Of a stretch of 64,000 nucleotides of DNA, positions 1-12,600 are shown one piece after another. The DNA comes from Macrostomum lignano (Eukaryota). The stretch lies in the NCBI GenBank assembly GCA_002269645.1, contig NIVC01001815.1, forward strand, positions 11,739 through 75,738, given 5' to 3'. A program made the translations under genes and the position numbers. The stretch's first letter is position 1. Every line of letters begins with the position of its first letter. The notes below the pieces were generated by a model. That model was not told the DNA's origin and searched no databases. It worked only from the letters and a program-made list of their open reading frames with translations.

Positions 1-3000
1 TCTGCTGCTGCTGCTGCGTTGGCTTCGCCCTCAACTTCGACAATGTTGTCGAGACTGTGCACGCTGTGTCTAACCAGCAGATTGTTCAGTGTGCGATTTT
101 TCTTCATCCGGCCCTGGTAGACGTCTCTGTGCTCTTCGCTATAGCGGCCGAATATCACAACTAAAGCTCCGAATACGGCGAAAGCGGTAAGGCTGAGCAG
201 GAACGAGCTGAGCTTCACGTACAGCGGGTAGCCGGTGTAGCGCGAATGGGTCCAGATGTCCTTAGACAGAAGGGTCTCGCCGTCTGGCGCAAAAGTCTGA
301 TTTCTGTACTCATAGTTAAGCGTGTGATTGTCGCTGCTGCAATCTACTAGTGCGAGTTCGGTCTCGTTGTGCACGGTGTAGATGGAGCCGTAAGGTCCGA
401 CGTATTGGCCGTATTCGCAGGGCGAGTAGATCATCTGATAAACGGGTTGAGTATTGGTATGATTAGCAGAGTGAAGAAGAGCATGCTTGCAAAAATTAAA
501 AATAGCTTGCTGGCAAAAGCTTTGGGGTTTGTCAAGCTTGGTGTTTGTGAAGTATAGGGCTTGTCAAGCTTGGTGTTTGTGAAGTTTAGGGCTTGTCAAG
601 CTTGGTGTTTGTGAAGTATAGGGCTTGTCAAGCTTGGTGTTTGTGAAGTATAGGGCTTGTCAAGCTTGGTGTTTGTGAAGTTTAGGGCTTGTCAAGCTTG
701 GTGTTTGTGAAGTTTAGGGCTTGTCAAGCTTGGTGTTTGTGAAGTTTAGGGCTTGTCAAGCTTGGTGTTTGTGAAGTTTAGGGCTTGTCAAGCTTGGTGT
801 TTGTGAAGTATAGGGCTTGTCAAGCTTGGTGTTTGTGAAGTATAGGGCTTGTCAAGCTTGGTGTTTGTGAAGTTTAGGGCTTGTCAAGCTTGGTGTTTGT
901 GAAGTTTAGGGCTTGTCAAGCTTGGTGTTTGTGAAGTATAGGGCTTGTCAAGCTTGGTGTTTGTGAAGTTTAGGGCTTGTCAAGCTTGGTGTTTGTGAAG
1001 TTTAGGGCTTGTCAAGCTTGGTGTTTGTGAAGTATAGGGCTTGTCAAGCTTGGTGTTTGTGAAGTTTAGGGCTTGTCAAGCTTGGTGTTTGTGAAGTATA
1101 GGGCTTGTCAAGCTTGGTGTTTGTGAAGTTTAGGGCTTGTCAAGCTTGGTGTTTGTGAAGTTTAGGGCTTGTCAAGCTTGGTGTTTGTGAAGTTTAGGGC
1201 TTGTCAAGCTTGGTGTTTGTGAAGTTTAGGGCTTGTCAAGCTTGGTGTTTGTGAAGTATAGGGCTTGTCAAGCTTGGTGTTTGTGAAGTATAGGGCTTGT
1301 CAAGCTTGGTGTTTGTGAAGTTTAGGGCTTGTCAAGCTTGGTGTTTGTGAAGTATAGAGCTTGTCAAGCTTGGTGTTTGTGAAGTATAGGGCTTGTCAAG
1401 CTTGGTGTTTGTGAAGTTTAGGGCTTGTCAAGCTTGGTGTTTGTGAAGTATAGAGCTTGTCAAGCTTGGTGTTTGTGAAGTATAGGGCTTGTCAAGCTTG
1501 GTGTTTGTGAAGTTTAGGGCTTGTCAAGCTTGGTGTTTGTGAAGTTTAGGGCTTGTCAAGCTTGGTGTTTGTGAAGTATAGGGCTTGTCAAGCTTGGTGT
1601 TTGTGAAGTATAGGGCTTGTCAAGCTTGGTGTTTGTGAAGTTTAGGGCTTGTCAAGCTTGGTGTTTGTGAAGTTTAGGGCTTGTCGAGCTTGTGCACGTA
1701 GAAATAGGAGATTTCGGCTACGCATTTCCAACCCCTTAATCTAATTATTCTTCTAAACCCCAAAACCTGACTAACCTGATTCTTCCACATGTTCAAATCC
1801 AGACACATAACTACGAACAGTACTCCATAGTTGAACCATTTCCCGGTGATATGCACCGTCCAAACGTCGTCGTCGACAATCCGTTTAAACCAGTCCGGTA
1901 TGCGGATATCGAACGCGTAGATAGCCTTGGCTACGCCGGGCAGCCGAACGTCAAGGCTGTTAGTGAAGTTAGGAAAGTCCCAATCCTGCATGACAATCAG
2001 CAGGTCAAGGCTCAGAATTGATGCAGCTAAGAAAGCCCGCGACAGTTCGTTTGACGGAGCAAAGCCCCTGTTGAGGTAGTCCCAGCGGATGATGTCGGTG
2101 CAGATCACTGTGATAACGGTGGTGCACAAGCTGATTAGCAGCAGCCAGAACATGACGATCCGAGTGTAGCCAGAGCGCCACCACTGCCGGATGAAGCGGT
2201 TCCAGCTTGGATAAAGACGCTCCTGCAGCATCATGTCGCTCACCATCCAGGCGGTCATGAAGTCGCCAAGCCAGGTGCCTGTGGCTGCCATCTTCATGAA
2301 CGTGGAGTTCTTGATGCCCATCTGCATACTGATGAGATAGGGGATGTTGGACGTGCCGCCGAGGGTCAGCAGGAAAGCGTTGTAAATGTTGGAGAAAATG
2401 TACACGGATATGATGGTTGAGAACCACATTGTCATCCAGGAGCCTTCGTCGTTAGCAAACATTTTCAGCCGAAACCAACGGTCTGAAAGTTGTAGGTTTG
2501 TACAATTCTTGTTTAATACATTGGATATTTTTAGCCACCCAGCGAATTTGCCGATGATTCTGCCACTTCACCTAAACAATTTAAACAAATAAGCAAAGAG
2601 TTTGACTTAAGACAGTCTCACTGAACACAAATACGTGACACAGTTTTCCAGCGATGATGCCAACCAGGATTCCCAGCAGCCACATGATCACTTTGAGCAG
2701 ACTCCATGCGTTGGGCGGATACCGGCTGAAAACGAATGCGAACACGTTGCCTAACACGGGGATGCTGCACACCTGCGACGAGTCGGCTATGGGATCCTCG
2801 GCGTAGATTAGGAAGTTAAGAAAAACGACTAGTAAAGTGCAGATCATGCGCAGGTAGGGATGCTGAAAGTAGAACCTAGCATCGTGCACCATGTACAGCG
2901 AGTACTGGCTAAGCCGATCAATGTCTACGGGGTCAATGGTCGAGCTGAACGAGCCAGGCCGGTTCAGACAGGACGGCGTGTGCAAGTGCCGAGCCGATGG

Positions 3001-3732
3001 CGAGCCCTGGGACCCATCGGCGCCGGTCGTCACCGGTGCCTGCGACCTGGATGATGACACAACCGAAGAAGAGTCATCGTTTTCAAAGATGTCCTTGTTA
3101 TCGTTGGCGTTGTCGTCCTTGGTAGCCGACGTTGTTGATGGCTCAGCCACCTCCGTCTGTGTCTGTGACTCCGGTCCCGGCGCCGCGCTGTCCTTAATGC
3201 CTTCAACGGAGTCGTCACCGACGGATGTCAATCTTCCACTGGCCTCGGCATCGTCGGCTGTTGCGGCGGCAGAAGCTGCCATTGCAGCAGCCGCAGCAGC
3301 CGCCTGAGCAGTCGATGGTACCGACATTTGGCGCCTGTGCCGCGCCGGAGGCCCACGCCGCCCGAGTTCGAAGACGACTCCACTTTCACCAGTGCCACCG
3401 CCGCTGCTGCCATTGCCACCGTCAGCGATGTCAGACAGCTGGCGCATCAACGAACGCCGTCTGTACGATGTGGACTGATGTTCTTGGTGCTGCGCCAGTG
3501 CCTGTTGTTGCCTAGGCAACCTCTGCCCCGGCGTTGGGCTGCAAACTGCCGAGTTGGGCGCGGTTGGCCCAGTCCGCTTCTCACGCACCTTTAGCCGGCC
3601 GGCGTCGCGCCATTTGATTGACATCCGCCTAACCAACTCACGGTCGCTCAAGCTGGTTGCTAGGTCGACCATCTCAGCTGGCGGCTGCGGCTGCGTTGGC
3701 TCCGCGGAAGCCGCATGCTGCTGAGCAGCCAT
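1..3732 (-). CDS. TMEM117: Transmembrane protein 117 homolog, 3 coding exons visible (3732-2622, 2482-1776, 434-<1); CDS continues past the left edge
   Basis: Translation gives RFYFQHPYLRMICTLLVVFLNFLIYAEDP, GSWMTMWFSTI, MKMAATGTWLGDFMTAWMVSDMMLQ, SRAFLAASILSLDLLIVMQDWDFPNF, HITGKWFNYG..DLNMWKNQ|MIYSPCEYGQYVGP, matching the remembered vertebrate TMEM117 sequence colinearly. GT-AG junctions at 2621/2483 (phase 1) and 1775/435 (phase 0) keep the frame. Confidence 0.93.
526..1692. repeat. 32-bp minisatellite, about 36 copies, in TMEM117 intron 2
   Basis: Unit GGGCTTGTCAAGCTTGGTGTTTGTGAAGT(A/T)TA, nearly homogeneous; one HindIII site per unit. Confidence 0.97.
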
Positions 3733-5554
3733 GAAACGGGCTGGCGTGACTGACTGAGATTGAAGAGAGTTGAGTTTGCTACTGCTGTCTATATGTCACA
3801 ATTGATTCGCGCTGTGTGCTGTCCAAAAAGACGGCGCCCCGCTTTAGGCGGCCACTTTTCTATCACGGCGCCTGGAATGTTGAACGGGTTGCAGACTCAG
3901 CAATGGGAGAAAATAGCATGGATTAAATGCGCTATTAGGGACGGAAGCCCTCAGACTAACGGACTGGCTGGCCCCCGATTCCAATAGCTCGTATTAGAAG
4001 CAAGCGTGATGCGGGCCAGTTCTAGGGACAGAAAAATAGGAAAGCAATGGTGTGTTCTATTAACTAATAGGGTGACGCGCAGATATGAAACTGCGCAGCA
4101 GTCGCGCAATCGAGTCGCTCACGAATGGACTGAGTCTGAGAGAAAGACAAGGGGAGATGTGGAGCGCATTTCATTTCCTAACGTCAATTCAGAGCACCAC
4201 TTAATAATTCTATACTGGCTTCCAGCTTCCTTTCCTAGATCCCTCCGTACGCCCGTCTATTCAATACCCGGGCAATGCTATCTGGCACATACTGATGGCA
4301 AGGCGAGAAAACTGAGGTGAGCTGAGCTGAATGGGCAGAGAGAGAGAGAGTATCAGCATATAGCTTATCGGAGACTTCCATGCCATCGAAAACTGCCCAC
4401 TCCTCATAGAATAGAAATCCGTCAGCGTCATACGTCACGCAAGTAGCTCGGCTCCGAGTCTGCATCTGACAGGCAATGCGTCTATAAAGGTGCGAATGGA
4501 AAATTTGAGAATAGATGCGTGGGAAGACACGGGGAGAGGCGGCGCGGGAAGTATCTACCGTCTGAATCGGTCCATCGGGTTGGCTCATTTTTTTACTGTA
4601 AACTTTGCATAGATTTGAATGAACTCAACTAAACAGGCTACCCTAATTCCCTAACTCAGACTCCATTCTTTCTCGCTGCTAATACCTCCCCTCATTAGAT
4701 AGATATAGATATACATTGCAGACAGCGAGCTACATCTACGAATCTGATAGGGATTTTTTTTCGCCCAGAGAAGTAGGAAAAAGCCGAGCGCTTCTATTCC
4801 AGTTGAGGGTAGGGAGAGAGAGAGAGAGAGAGACTGTCGAAGGCAAGACCAGCTATTGACGCGTCCGGAGTGCTGAGGCGGCGAGTAGAGATAGATAAGA
4901 AATAAGTGCACATAGGAAAGCAGGGAGACGAGAAACCAATTGGAGGGTGAACAGTAAGAAAATCACTCAAAAAAGAGCATAGATACTGCGGGGGCGGTTC
5001 GGAGGCAGAACCGGAGACCGAGAAAAAGAGTATAGGCAGCTCTGCTGGCCAACAGGGTGACGGGATTACTGTACAAAAAGTCCTCCCAAATCGCCCCGCC
5101 CCCCGTCTGGGTTGGCAACCAGTGCTGCTACATCTGGCTGATAGTTATGCTTTCGGCAACAATTTCTTATGAAGCACGATGCCCGTAGCTCAAAAGGGCT
5201 CAGCTGCCTTTAACCGACGCATAAGTGGTATTTGGCATAAGATAAGAAGCGCAAATTCTGTGCATTATACGAGTAAATAGACTCGGCAAATTTTTATTGC
5301 GCAGATCAATCGTATGCAGTTCAGACAAAATCCTCCGATTATATTTAACCATCCGCTAAATTAAAACAAAGTAAAAAAAGTTAAAGAACGTCGTACTCGA
5401 TACAATGTGCGAAAAATTCGTAACAATAAATAATTCAGTAAACCTGTTAGATGTCTCCCTAAGGAACTTTATTTTTACACTGTTTTTAGACAGGTAACTG
5501 AGTCCATGTTTGGTGCAGAGCTCTGGGCTCGATTGATTCTAAAATGGGATTAGC

Positions 5555-6005
5555 TGATGCAGCACTAAGGACATCCAATGCAGTACTACAGGGCAATCTG
5601 ATGCAGCACTAAGGACATCCAATGCAGTACTACAGGGCAATCTGATGCAGCACTAAGGACATCCAATGCAGTACTACAGGGCAATCTGATGCAGCACTAA
5701 GGACATCCAATGCAGTACTACAGGGCAATCTGATGCAGCACTAAGGACATCCAATGCAGTACTACAGGGCAATCTGATGCAGCACTAAGGACATCCAATG
5801 CAGTACTACAGGGCAATCTGATGCAGCACTAAGGACATCCAATGCAGTACTACAGGGCAATCTGATGCAGCACTAAGGACATCCAATGCAGTACTACAGG
5901 GCAATCTGATGCAGCACTAAGGACATCCAATTCAGTACTACAACTCCATCTGATGCAGCACTACAGGGCCATCTGATGCAGCACTACAGGGCCATCTGAT
6001 GCAGC
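5555..6005. repeat. 44-bp minisatellite, about 9-10 copies with degenerate 3' end
   Basis: Unit TGATGCAGCACTAAGGACATCCAATGCAGTACTACAGGGCAATC. Confidence 0.95.
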
Positions 6006-7009
6006 ACAAACGCCAACTCTTGCAGTGTGTGCGCTTGGACAAGAAATTGTGCATGGACATGACAGTACGAGCGTACGCAGTACGCAGTTTACAGTACGCG
6101 AAAATCCAAGACGCTCCTATGATCAAATCTAAACTGCAACTGCAGCCACCACTCAAACCGACATAGATTAAAGCTGCAGGCGTTTAAAATATTTACATAC
6201 AACCCGTGGAGGGTCTAAGAGGGCAGAGAGGCCAGAAAGAGAGGCGTTCGACAGGTTGAGTAGCTATCTAGAAAAAAACGAATATCTACGTAATGGATTG
6301 ATCACGCTAGGGAGATCCCGGGAGACTAAGCTTCGAACGATACTCGTACCAGAAAATAATGGCGACGGCACGCTTCCTGCGTCAACGCTCGTAACTGAAA
6401 CCGAACAAAAAACAGGCAATTAAAACAGCCCCTAGTTATCTAGCCAGGCCTAGCTATCTAGCCAGGAATCTAGCCAGGAATAAGCAGGCAAGACAGCGGT
6501 AGCCCATTCCAAATAATCCGCTCCGCCTTCGCTCTCTCTCTCTCTCCTCCCTCCCTCCTGCCATCCAGCTAACACCAGCGTGCGGTCAGCAATAAATCTT
6601 ACTATAAAAGTGTGCCAGCAATTCCTAGCTCTGGCCTCCCTTATAAATGCAACCTACACAGTCTGGTGGGAGAAATAAAAAAACTAGACAGGAGGGAGAG
6701 AGCGAGTGCAGAAGAAAATTCGATGGGAATCCCCCAGAGAGCGAGAAAGAAGGGGAAGCAAAGTTGGACGCTGCGATTTGAGGGAGCGTTAATTCTCTCG
6801 CTTTTTACAAAAGTCCCCTAAAATACACTTATAATAGTCGAGCCGCGTACTTTAATAATGCGTGTGTAAAATTCGTCACAAATTTTAGAGCATCAGACAA
6901 ATTTAGACTTTATAGACAAATAAATATTGGCAGGGCTGTGGGCACCCTGGCGACATGCCTTAGGCAACATCGTCTTACAACCAGCGCCAACGGAAATTCT
7001 GCCTGTTCT

Positions 7010-7110
7010 ATGCAGGCACGCACTCATACACACGCTCACACAGGGTGTACAGCCGCCCTGACATGAATCTTCAGGCAAATGTACACTGTGCCTTGGGGGG
7101 GGGGGCGTCG
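7010..7110 (-). mobile_element. Diverged internal fragment of the tRNA-derived SINE family
   Basis: GCAGGCACGCACTCATACACACGCTCACACAGGGTGTACAGCCGCCCTGAC...TCAGGCAAATGTACACTGTGCCTTGGGGG aligns with the SINE body at about 9985-10070. Confidence 0.65.
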
Positions 7111-9177
7111 GCTCTCATGGATGTGAATAGCAGCACATTTGTCATGGCCAATTTTTGGTGCATAAGCCCCAGATGAATGTGGCCACACACGCAATCAAAG
7201 TAGGGGTTGTGGTGCAAGAGTCAGTTGCATTGAGTTACTGTGCTTCACTAAGCCTCTCTTTACAGATATTGAGCGGGCCAGTGAGACAAAATAAAAAAAA
7301 CAGAAAGATGAAAACACAAAAATCTTGCCAAAATTAAGCCAATTGTTGAAACTACTGAGCAAGCAAAAATCCAGGGGAGCAAGTAAATTTCTTATCCCCT
7401 CTACTGCTATCTTTGTTTGCTCAATCTGTCCTTCTTGAACCCTGGAATTGCTGAATAACAACATCTCTAGAAAATGAAAATGAACTTACGCAGGATGGTG
7501 ATATGGCATGATGTGGCATTGCCTAAGAGGATAAAATATTATACAGGATAAGAATGTTAGGCAGCATAATAGATAGAAAACTAATTTGATATAAAGCTTA
7601 TAGGCACTATGGATAAAAGATTCCAAGTAAAATAAATACTTAATTTATTTGTTAAAATTGCTTTATTACTCTATCTTAAACTATTCTATCTTGCTAAGTA
7701 AAACTTTTTATTTTGTTTTTAAACTAGTTTATAATATACCTTTAAAAATTATTGTCAATTTTATATATGCCAAAATAGAGTTTTAAATGCAATAAGCTAA
7801 TAAGGAGCTTAGATATAGATACATAAGTGGCCTGTCTTTGTAAATAGAAGTTAGCAAACTATAGTTATACCTATTTTTTAATGATTTTTAAGAAAAATTC
7901 TGTATTGTTTATACTAGACAATATGAAAGTTAAATATTAGACTATAAGTTCTGTCTTAAATAAGACAATTCCAGATATTTAAAATTTGAAAGTGTAAAAA
8001 AATTATAAGTTATCTAATATCTATCCCAAATATTAGCAATGTCTTATTTTAAAATTAAGCTTATACTAAGAAAACTAAATGTTATATTTATAGAATGTGA
8101 AAAAGTCTATTGAGGTTTTTGCATTTAATTTAATACATATATTGAATGTAGAATATTATATTGCTCTCTTTAGAGCATTAGTTTCTAACTTGTTACAAAA
8201 ATGGTCAATACAATAAATTAAATGCTAAGAGACATTCAGTCATAAATTGTTTGAAGTAATTGAATCAATGAAAACTAATAATATTAATGTTTTGAGACCA
8301 AAGTATGAATGCGAAACTAGCAAGCAAACTTGTGTGTGCAGAATATATTACACAAAAAGCATACAAACAAAAAGAAAATATTTAAAAAATAAAAAAGTAT
8401 TTGCTTCACAAAAGAAATAATGCATAAACAAGTAAAATATCTTGTAAATACGACGTACAGAAACGAACACCACAAGCTCCTGCACCTTTACCAGGTAACA
8501 TTGTCACTGATGGCATTTACTTAAATTGATCAAGTCTTGGTCGAGTGATCAGTGAGGCTCTGATTGGCCTAAAGCACGCTTTTTTTACTTTTCAAATTAG
8601 AAATTAAATAAACATCACTTAAAAATATGCTACTCTAAGTTTTACCTATTATTTTACTTCAATTTTTTTGCTGTATTTTTAATACTCTTATTATATAGTA
8701 ATGATTACACTCAATTCGGTATTACCGCTTTTATTATAAACAGTGTTGTGCAAACTTCCGGCACTTTAAGCATCGGAGGTTACTTTGGGGTCGATTTTTA
8801 GGTAAAAAGTGGGTCGACGTCTTATTTCAAAAATCTTTTAACAGGATAATTTGCCCATTGCTTATTTCATGGCGCGTTAATACAGATAGAATTAATATGT
8901 GATTATGGAGGCAGTAAAATTGTCCTGAAAGCCTCTCGCCAACTATATCTTATCACATTTACTTTAAGTTGTCGTTACATGTGGCTTTGAGTCGTAAAAA
9001 CCACTTTTAACAGTTCTAAAGTGATTTTGCTGTGAGCTCAGCAAGCCGCCTTCGAGATCGTCGGTTTCGTCCGACCAAGCAATCTTCTTGCGCCGTCGGC
9101 GGCTTCAACTGGCAGGCCAAATCATCAGCGCCGAGTCAACCGACACAAGGGCGTGTTTCGTCTAGTTCCCTGTACCG

Positions 9178-9301
9178 CCCGTACAGTAATCCGACGTCGT
9201 CGGCTGAATGTAGGTGTAATGTAAAATGCATATTTTTCCGCGATTTCGATTAGACGTCGTGAAATTCGTCCGACGTTGCCAACGTCGGTTTGCTGTACGG
9301 G
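9178..9301. mobile_element. Small MITE-like element (124 bp) with about 20-bp imperfect terminal inverted repeats
   Basis: Left CCCGTACAGTAATCCGACGT; right ACGTCGGTTTGCTGTACGGG. A related terminus lies at 25917-25939, preceded by TTAA. Confidence 0.55.
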
Positions 9302-9702
9302 ACGCCTAGCCTGGCGTCTTGGATTCAGTCGTCATGCAGGCGTGTTCGCACACAAGCTTTTTAGACGTCAGAAGGAAGTCCTGAGGCCATCCTTGCATGC
9401 ATAGATGCACTGATTACATGTACATATGACACTATTGATCTCCATAATTGAACAAACCGCGTCGTTTTATAGGTCAGCCTAACGTACCATATTGATAAAG
9501 TATTGAAATAATTGATGATATAAATAAGCTTTCTCGCCATACTTTCAAGTGTACAAATGTAAGGCAGGTCTCTAATTAGGCAAATCCGAATTTCCAAAAA
9601 TGTTGGCCGCGCAAGTGTGAACTTGCTGACAAATTCCTTTAGAATTGAAAACTGCACTCGATGAATGTTTATCAAATAATTCAACAACTACTGTTGAATT
9701 GC

Positions 9703-11221
9703 TGCAGCAGGGAGCACGACGTTTGCCCGCCGGAATTTTTCCCGCCGACGTTTGTCCGCCGGAAGTTTGCCCGCCGACGTTTGCTCGCCGACGTTTGCCC
9801 GACGACGTTTGCCCGCCGACGTTTGCCTGTCGACGTTTGCCCGCCGACGTTTATTTTTTTTAGAGGCAGGGGGGTTGTGTGCACCCTGGCGCACTTTAAG
9901 CGACATAGGCACACAACCGGCGAGAGGCATTACTGCCCATTCCGCCGACTCCCCTGAACAGGCGTACAAGCGCGCGGATACGTACGCAGGCACACACTCA
10001 CACAGGAGTGTACAGCGGCCCTAACTTTATCTTATCGTTAGGCATGTACACTTCACTGCGCCTTGGGGGGTTGGCTCTCAAGGCCGTTAATTGCACGAGC
10101 AGAGCCAAGCCGAGATTCCAATTCAGCCCCAAATTAATGTGACTGCACTTGGAATCGAGCCTGGGTCGCTGGCACACCAGAGCAGCTGCGCTACCGCTGG
10201 GCTACGGCCCCCCAATGCCCACGGACGTTTGCCCGCCGCAGTTTGCCCGCCAACGTTTGCCTGCCGACGTTTGCCCGCCGGAACTTTGCCCGCCGACGTT
10301 TGTCCGCCGAATTTTGCCCGCCGACGTTTGCCCGCCGAACTTTGCCCGCCGACGTTTGCTCGCCGACGTTTGCCCGCCGAACTTTGCCCGCCGACGTTTG
10401 CTCGCCGACGTTTGCCCGCTGGCGTCTGCCCGCTGAATTTTGCCCGCCGGAACTACGAGCTATATTAAAGTACTTAAGTATTTTCCACACGACCCTTCAT
10501 TTCTCCGGAAACGTGTATCTTAACACAATTGGACGAGCTCTGCGAATAAAATTATCAGTCGAGTACTATTGGCTAGTACTAAACTGATGGTTTTTATAAA
10601 AAAAGGTGCTCACAAACTCAATCAATCTTTTTGTGTATAGCTTCATGTACGAAAAATTCATTTTTACATCGGCACGTAAGTATGTACCACGTTGGTATAT
10701 TTGTTCGCAGACAAAACATGGGTCGCATTTTTTGAGACAAAATTAACATAACAGTATTTGGTTTAAAAAGACCTACATAAAGAACAATTTGTAAACATAC
10801 ATTGTTGAGCACATGAAATGGCTAATGCAAAGGTAGAGCACGAGCGCAACTTGCTCATGGGTACACTACTAAAACGTTCTGTTTTATGAAAGATAAAAAC
10901 CCGGTTAATGAGAAGGCAGAAAGGTAAAGGTAAAATTTACGTAACTCAGGCGCCATCTGACCGATTGATGTTTGGAGTAACAAAGGAGCTCGTCCAATTG
11001 TGTTAAGATACACGTTTCCGGAGAAATGAAGGGTCATGTAGAAAATACTTAAGTACTTTAATATAGCTCGTAGTTCCAGCGGGCAACATTCAGCGGGCAG
11101 ACGTCAGCGGGCAAACGTCGGCGAGCAAACGTCGGCGGGCAAAGTTCCGGCGGGCAAACGTCGGCGGGCAAACTTCGGCGGGCAAAGTTCCGGCGGGCAA
11201 GTTTCGTAGCTCGCTGCTGCA
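9703..11221. mobile_element. Foldback-type non-autonomous element: long inverted arms made of 14-bp subrepeats plus a 92-bp unique inverted segment; SINE nested in the left arm
   Basis: ACGTTTGCCCGCCG arrays at 9718-9852 and 10220-10450 (plus) and their complement at 11077-11200. 10449-10540 is the reverse complement of 10986-11076 with few mismatches. The outer ends also pair. Confidence 0.75.
9853..10213 (-). mobile_element. tRNA-derived SINE, full-length copy 1
   Basis: Minus-strand head GGGGCCGTAGCCCAGCGGTAG...CCAGGCTCGATTCC has Pol III box A (TAGCCCAGCGG) and box B (GGCTCGATTCC); A-rich tail; near-identical copy at 36234-36600. Confidence 0.85.
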
Positions 11222-11312
11222 TGATTACTGCCAGTGGCGCATTTCATTTGAGGGGCAAAAATTCATTTCAAGAGTTGCCATTTCATGTGGGGGCTTGGTA
11301 CAGATAGGGTGT

Positions 11313-12223
11313 GGTGTCACTGATAATGAATAAATGCCCCTGATAAGGATGCGGTGTCACTGATAAGGATGCGGTGTCACTGATAAGGATGCAGTGTCAC
11401 TGATAAGGATGCAGTGTCACTGATAAGGATGCGGTGTCACTGATAAGGATGCGGTGTCACTGATAAGGATGCAGTGTCACTGATAAGGATGCGGTGTCAC
11501 TGATAAGGATGCAGTGTCACTGATAAGGATGAAGTGTCACTGATAATCATTAAATGCCCCTGATAAGGATGCAGTGTTACTGATAAGGATGAAGTGTCAC
11601 TGATAATCATTAAATGCCCCTGATAAGGATGCAGTGTCACTGATAAGGATGAAGTGTCACTGATAATCATTAAATGCCCCTGATAAGGATGCAGTGTCAC
11701 TGATAAGGATGCAGTGTCACTGATAAGGATGCGGTGTCACTGATAAGGATGCGGTGTCACTGATAAGGATGCAGTGTCACTGATAAGGATGCGGTGTCAC
11801 TGATAAGGATGCAGTGTCACTGATAAGGATGAAGTGTCACTGATAATCATTAAATGCCCCTGATAAGGATGCAGTGTTACTGATAAGGATGCAGTGTCAC
11901 TGATAAGGATGCAGTGTCACTGATAAGGATGCGGTGTCACTGATAAGGATGCAGTGTCACTGATAAGGATGCAGTGTCACTGATAAGGATGCGGTGTCAC
12001 TGATAAGGATGCAGTGTCACTGATAAGGATGCAGTGTCACTGATAAGGATGCGGTGTCACTGATAAGGATGCAGTGTCACTGATAAGGATGCGGTGTCAC
12101 TGATAAGGATGCAGTGTCACTGATAAGGATGCGGTGTCACTGATAAGGATGCAGTGTCACTGATAAGGATGCAGTGTCACTGATAAGGATGCGGTGTCAC
12201 TGATAAGGATGCGGTGTCACTGA
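11313..12223. repeat. 20-bp minisatellite with interspersed variant blocks (higher-order pattern)
   Basis: Unit GTCACTGATAAGGATGC(A/G)GT; variant GTCACTGATAATCATTAAATGCCCCTGATAAGG recurs four times. Confidence 0.96.
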
Positions 12224-12600
12224 TTAACGATTTCGGAAGGCCAGAATATCGTCATTTTTAAGACCAAATGTTTAGAAGAGGGTTATTAAAATTTCTATTT
12301 CAGTCGAATCTCATTGGCCCACCGGCCGTGGATAAATACGACGGCAACGGGCGCGGGGCTGAGAGCGCAGACCCCACTGTTCCTTCTACTGCAAACCTGT
12401 TGCTGAGGCAGAAAATTGAGTCAGTTGCTGCTCATCTATCAAATTTTAGGGAAGCTTTTTGCGCGTAAGTTTTCCATTTTGAAAAGAAGTCCTACAGATA
12501 ATAGGAAATAAAAAATCATAATTAATCACTTCCTGATAACTTTGCGCCTCTTCAGAAACCATCCGATCCGTTTGTCACTCGATCCACCTTTGTTCTCTTG

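Noticed and set aside
4235-4588. 117-aa minus-strand ORF upstream of TMEM117
   Set aside because: No recognisable motif, crosses a GA repeat and lacks the GC3 bias of real exons; probably UTR, intron or promoter.
7400-8450. AT-rich stretch faintly reminiscent of a hAT transposase C-terminus
   Set aside because: Only scattered residues across several frames with many stops; needs a translated HMM search.
10141-10213. tRNA gene call for the SINE heads (also 36530-36600)
   Set aside because: Boxes A and B are present but the acceptor and anticodon stems do not close, and the sequence continues into a repeated body with an A-rich tail.
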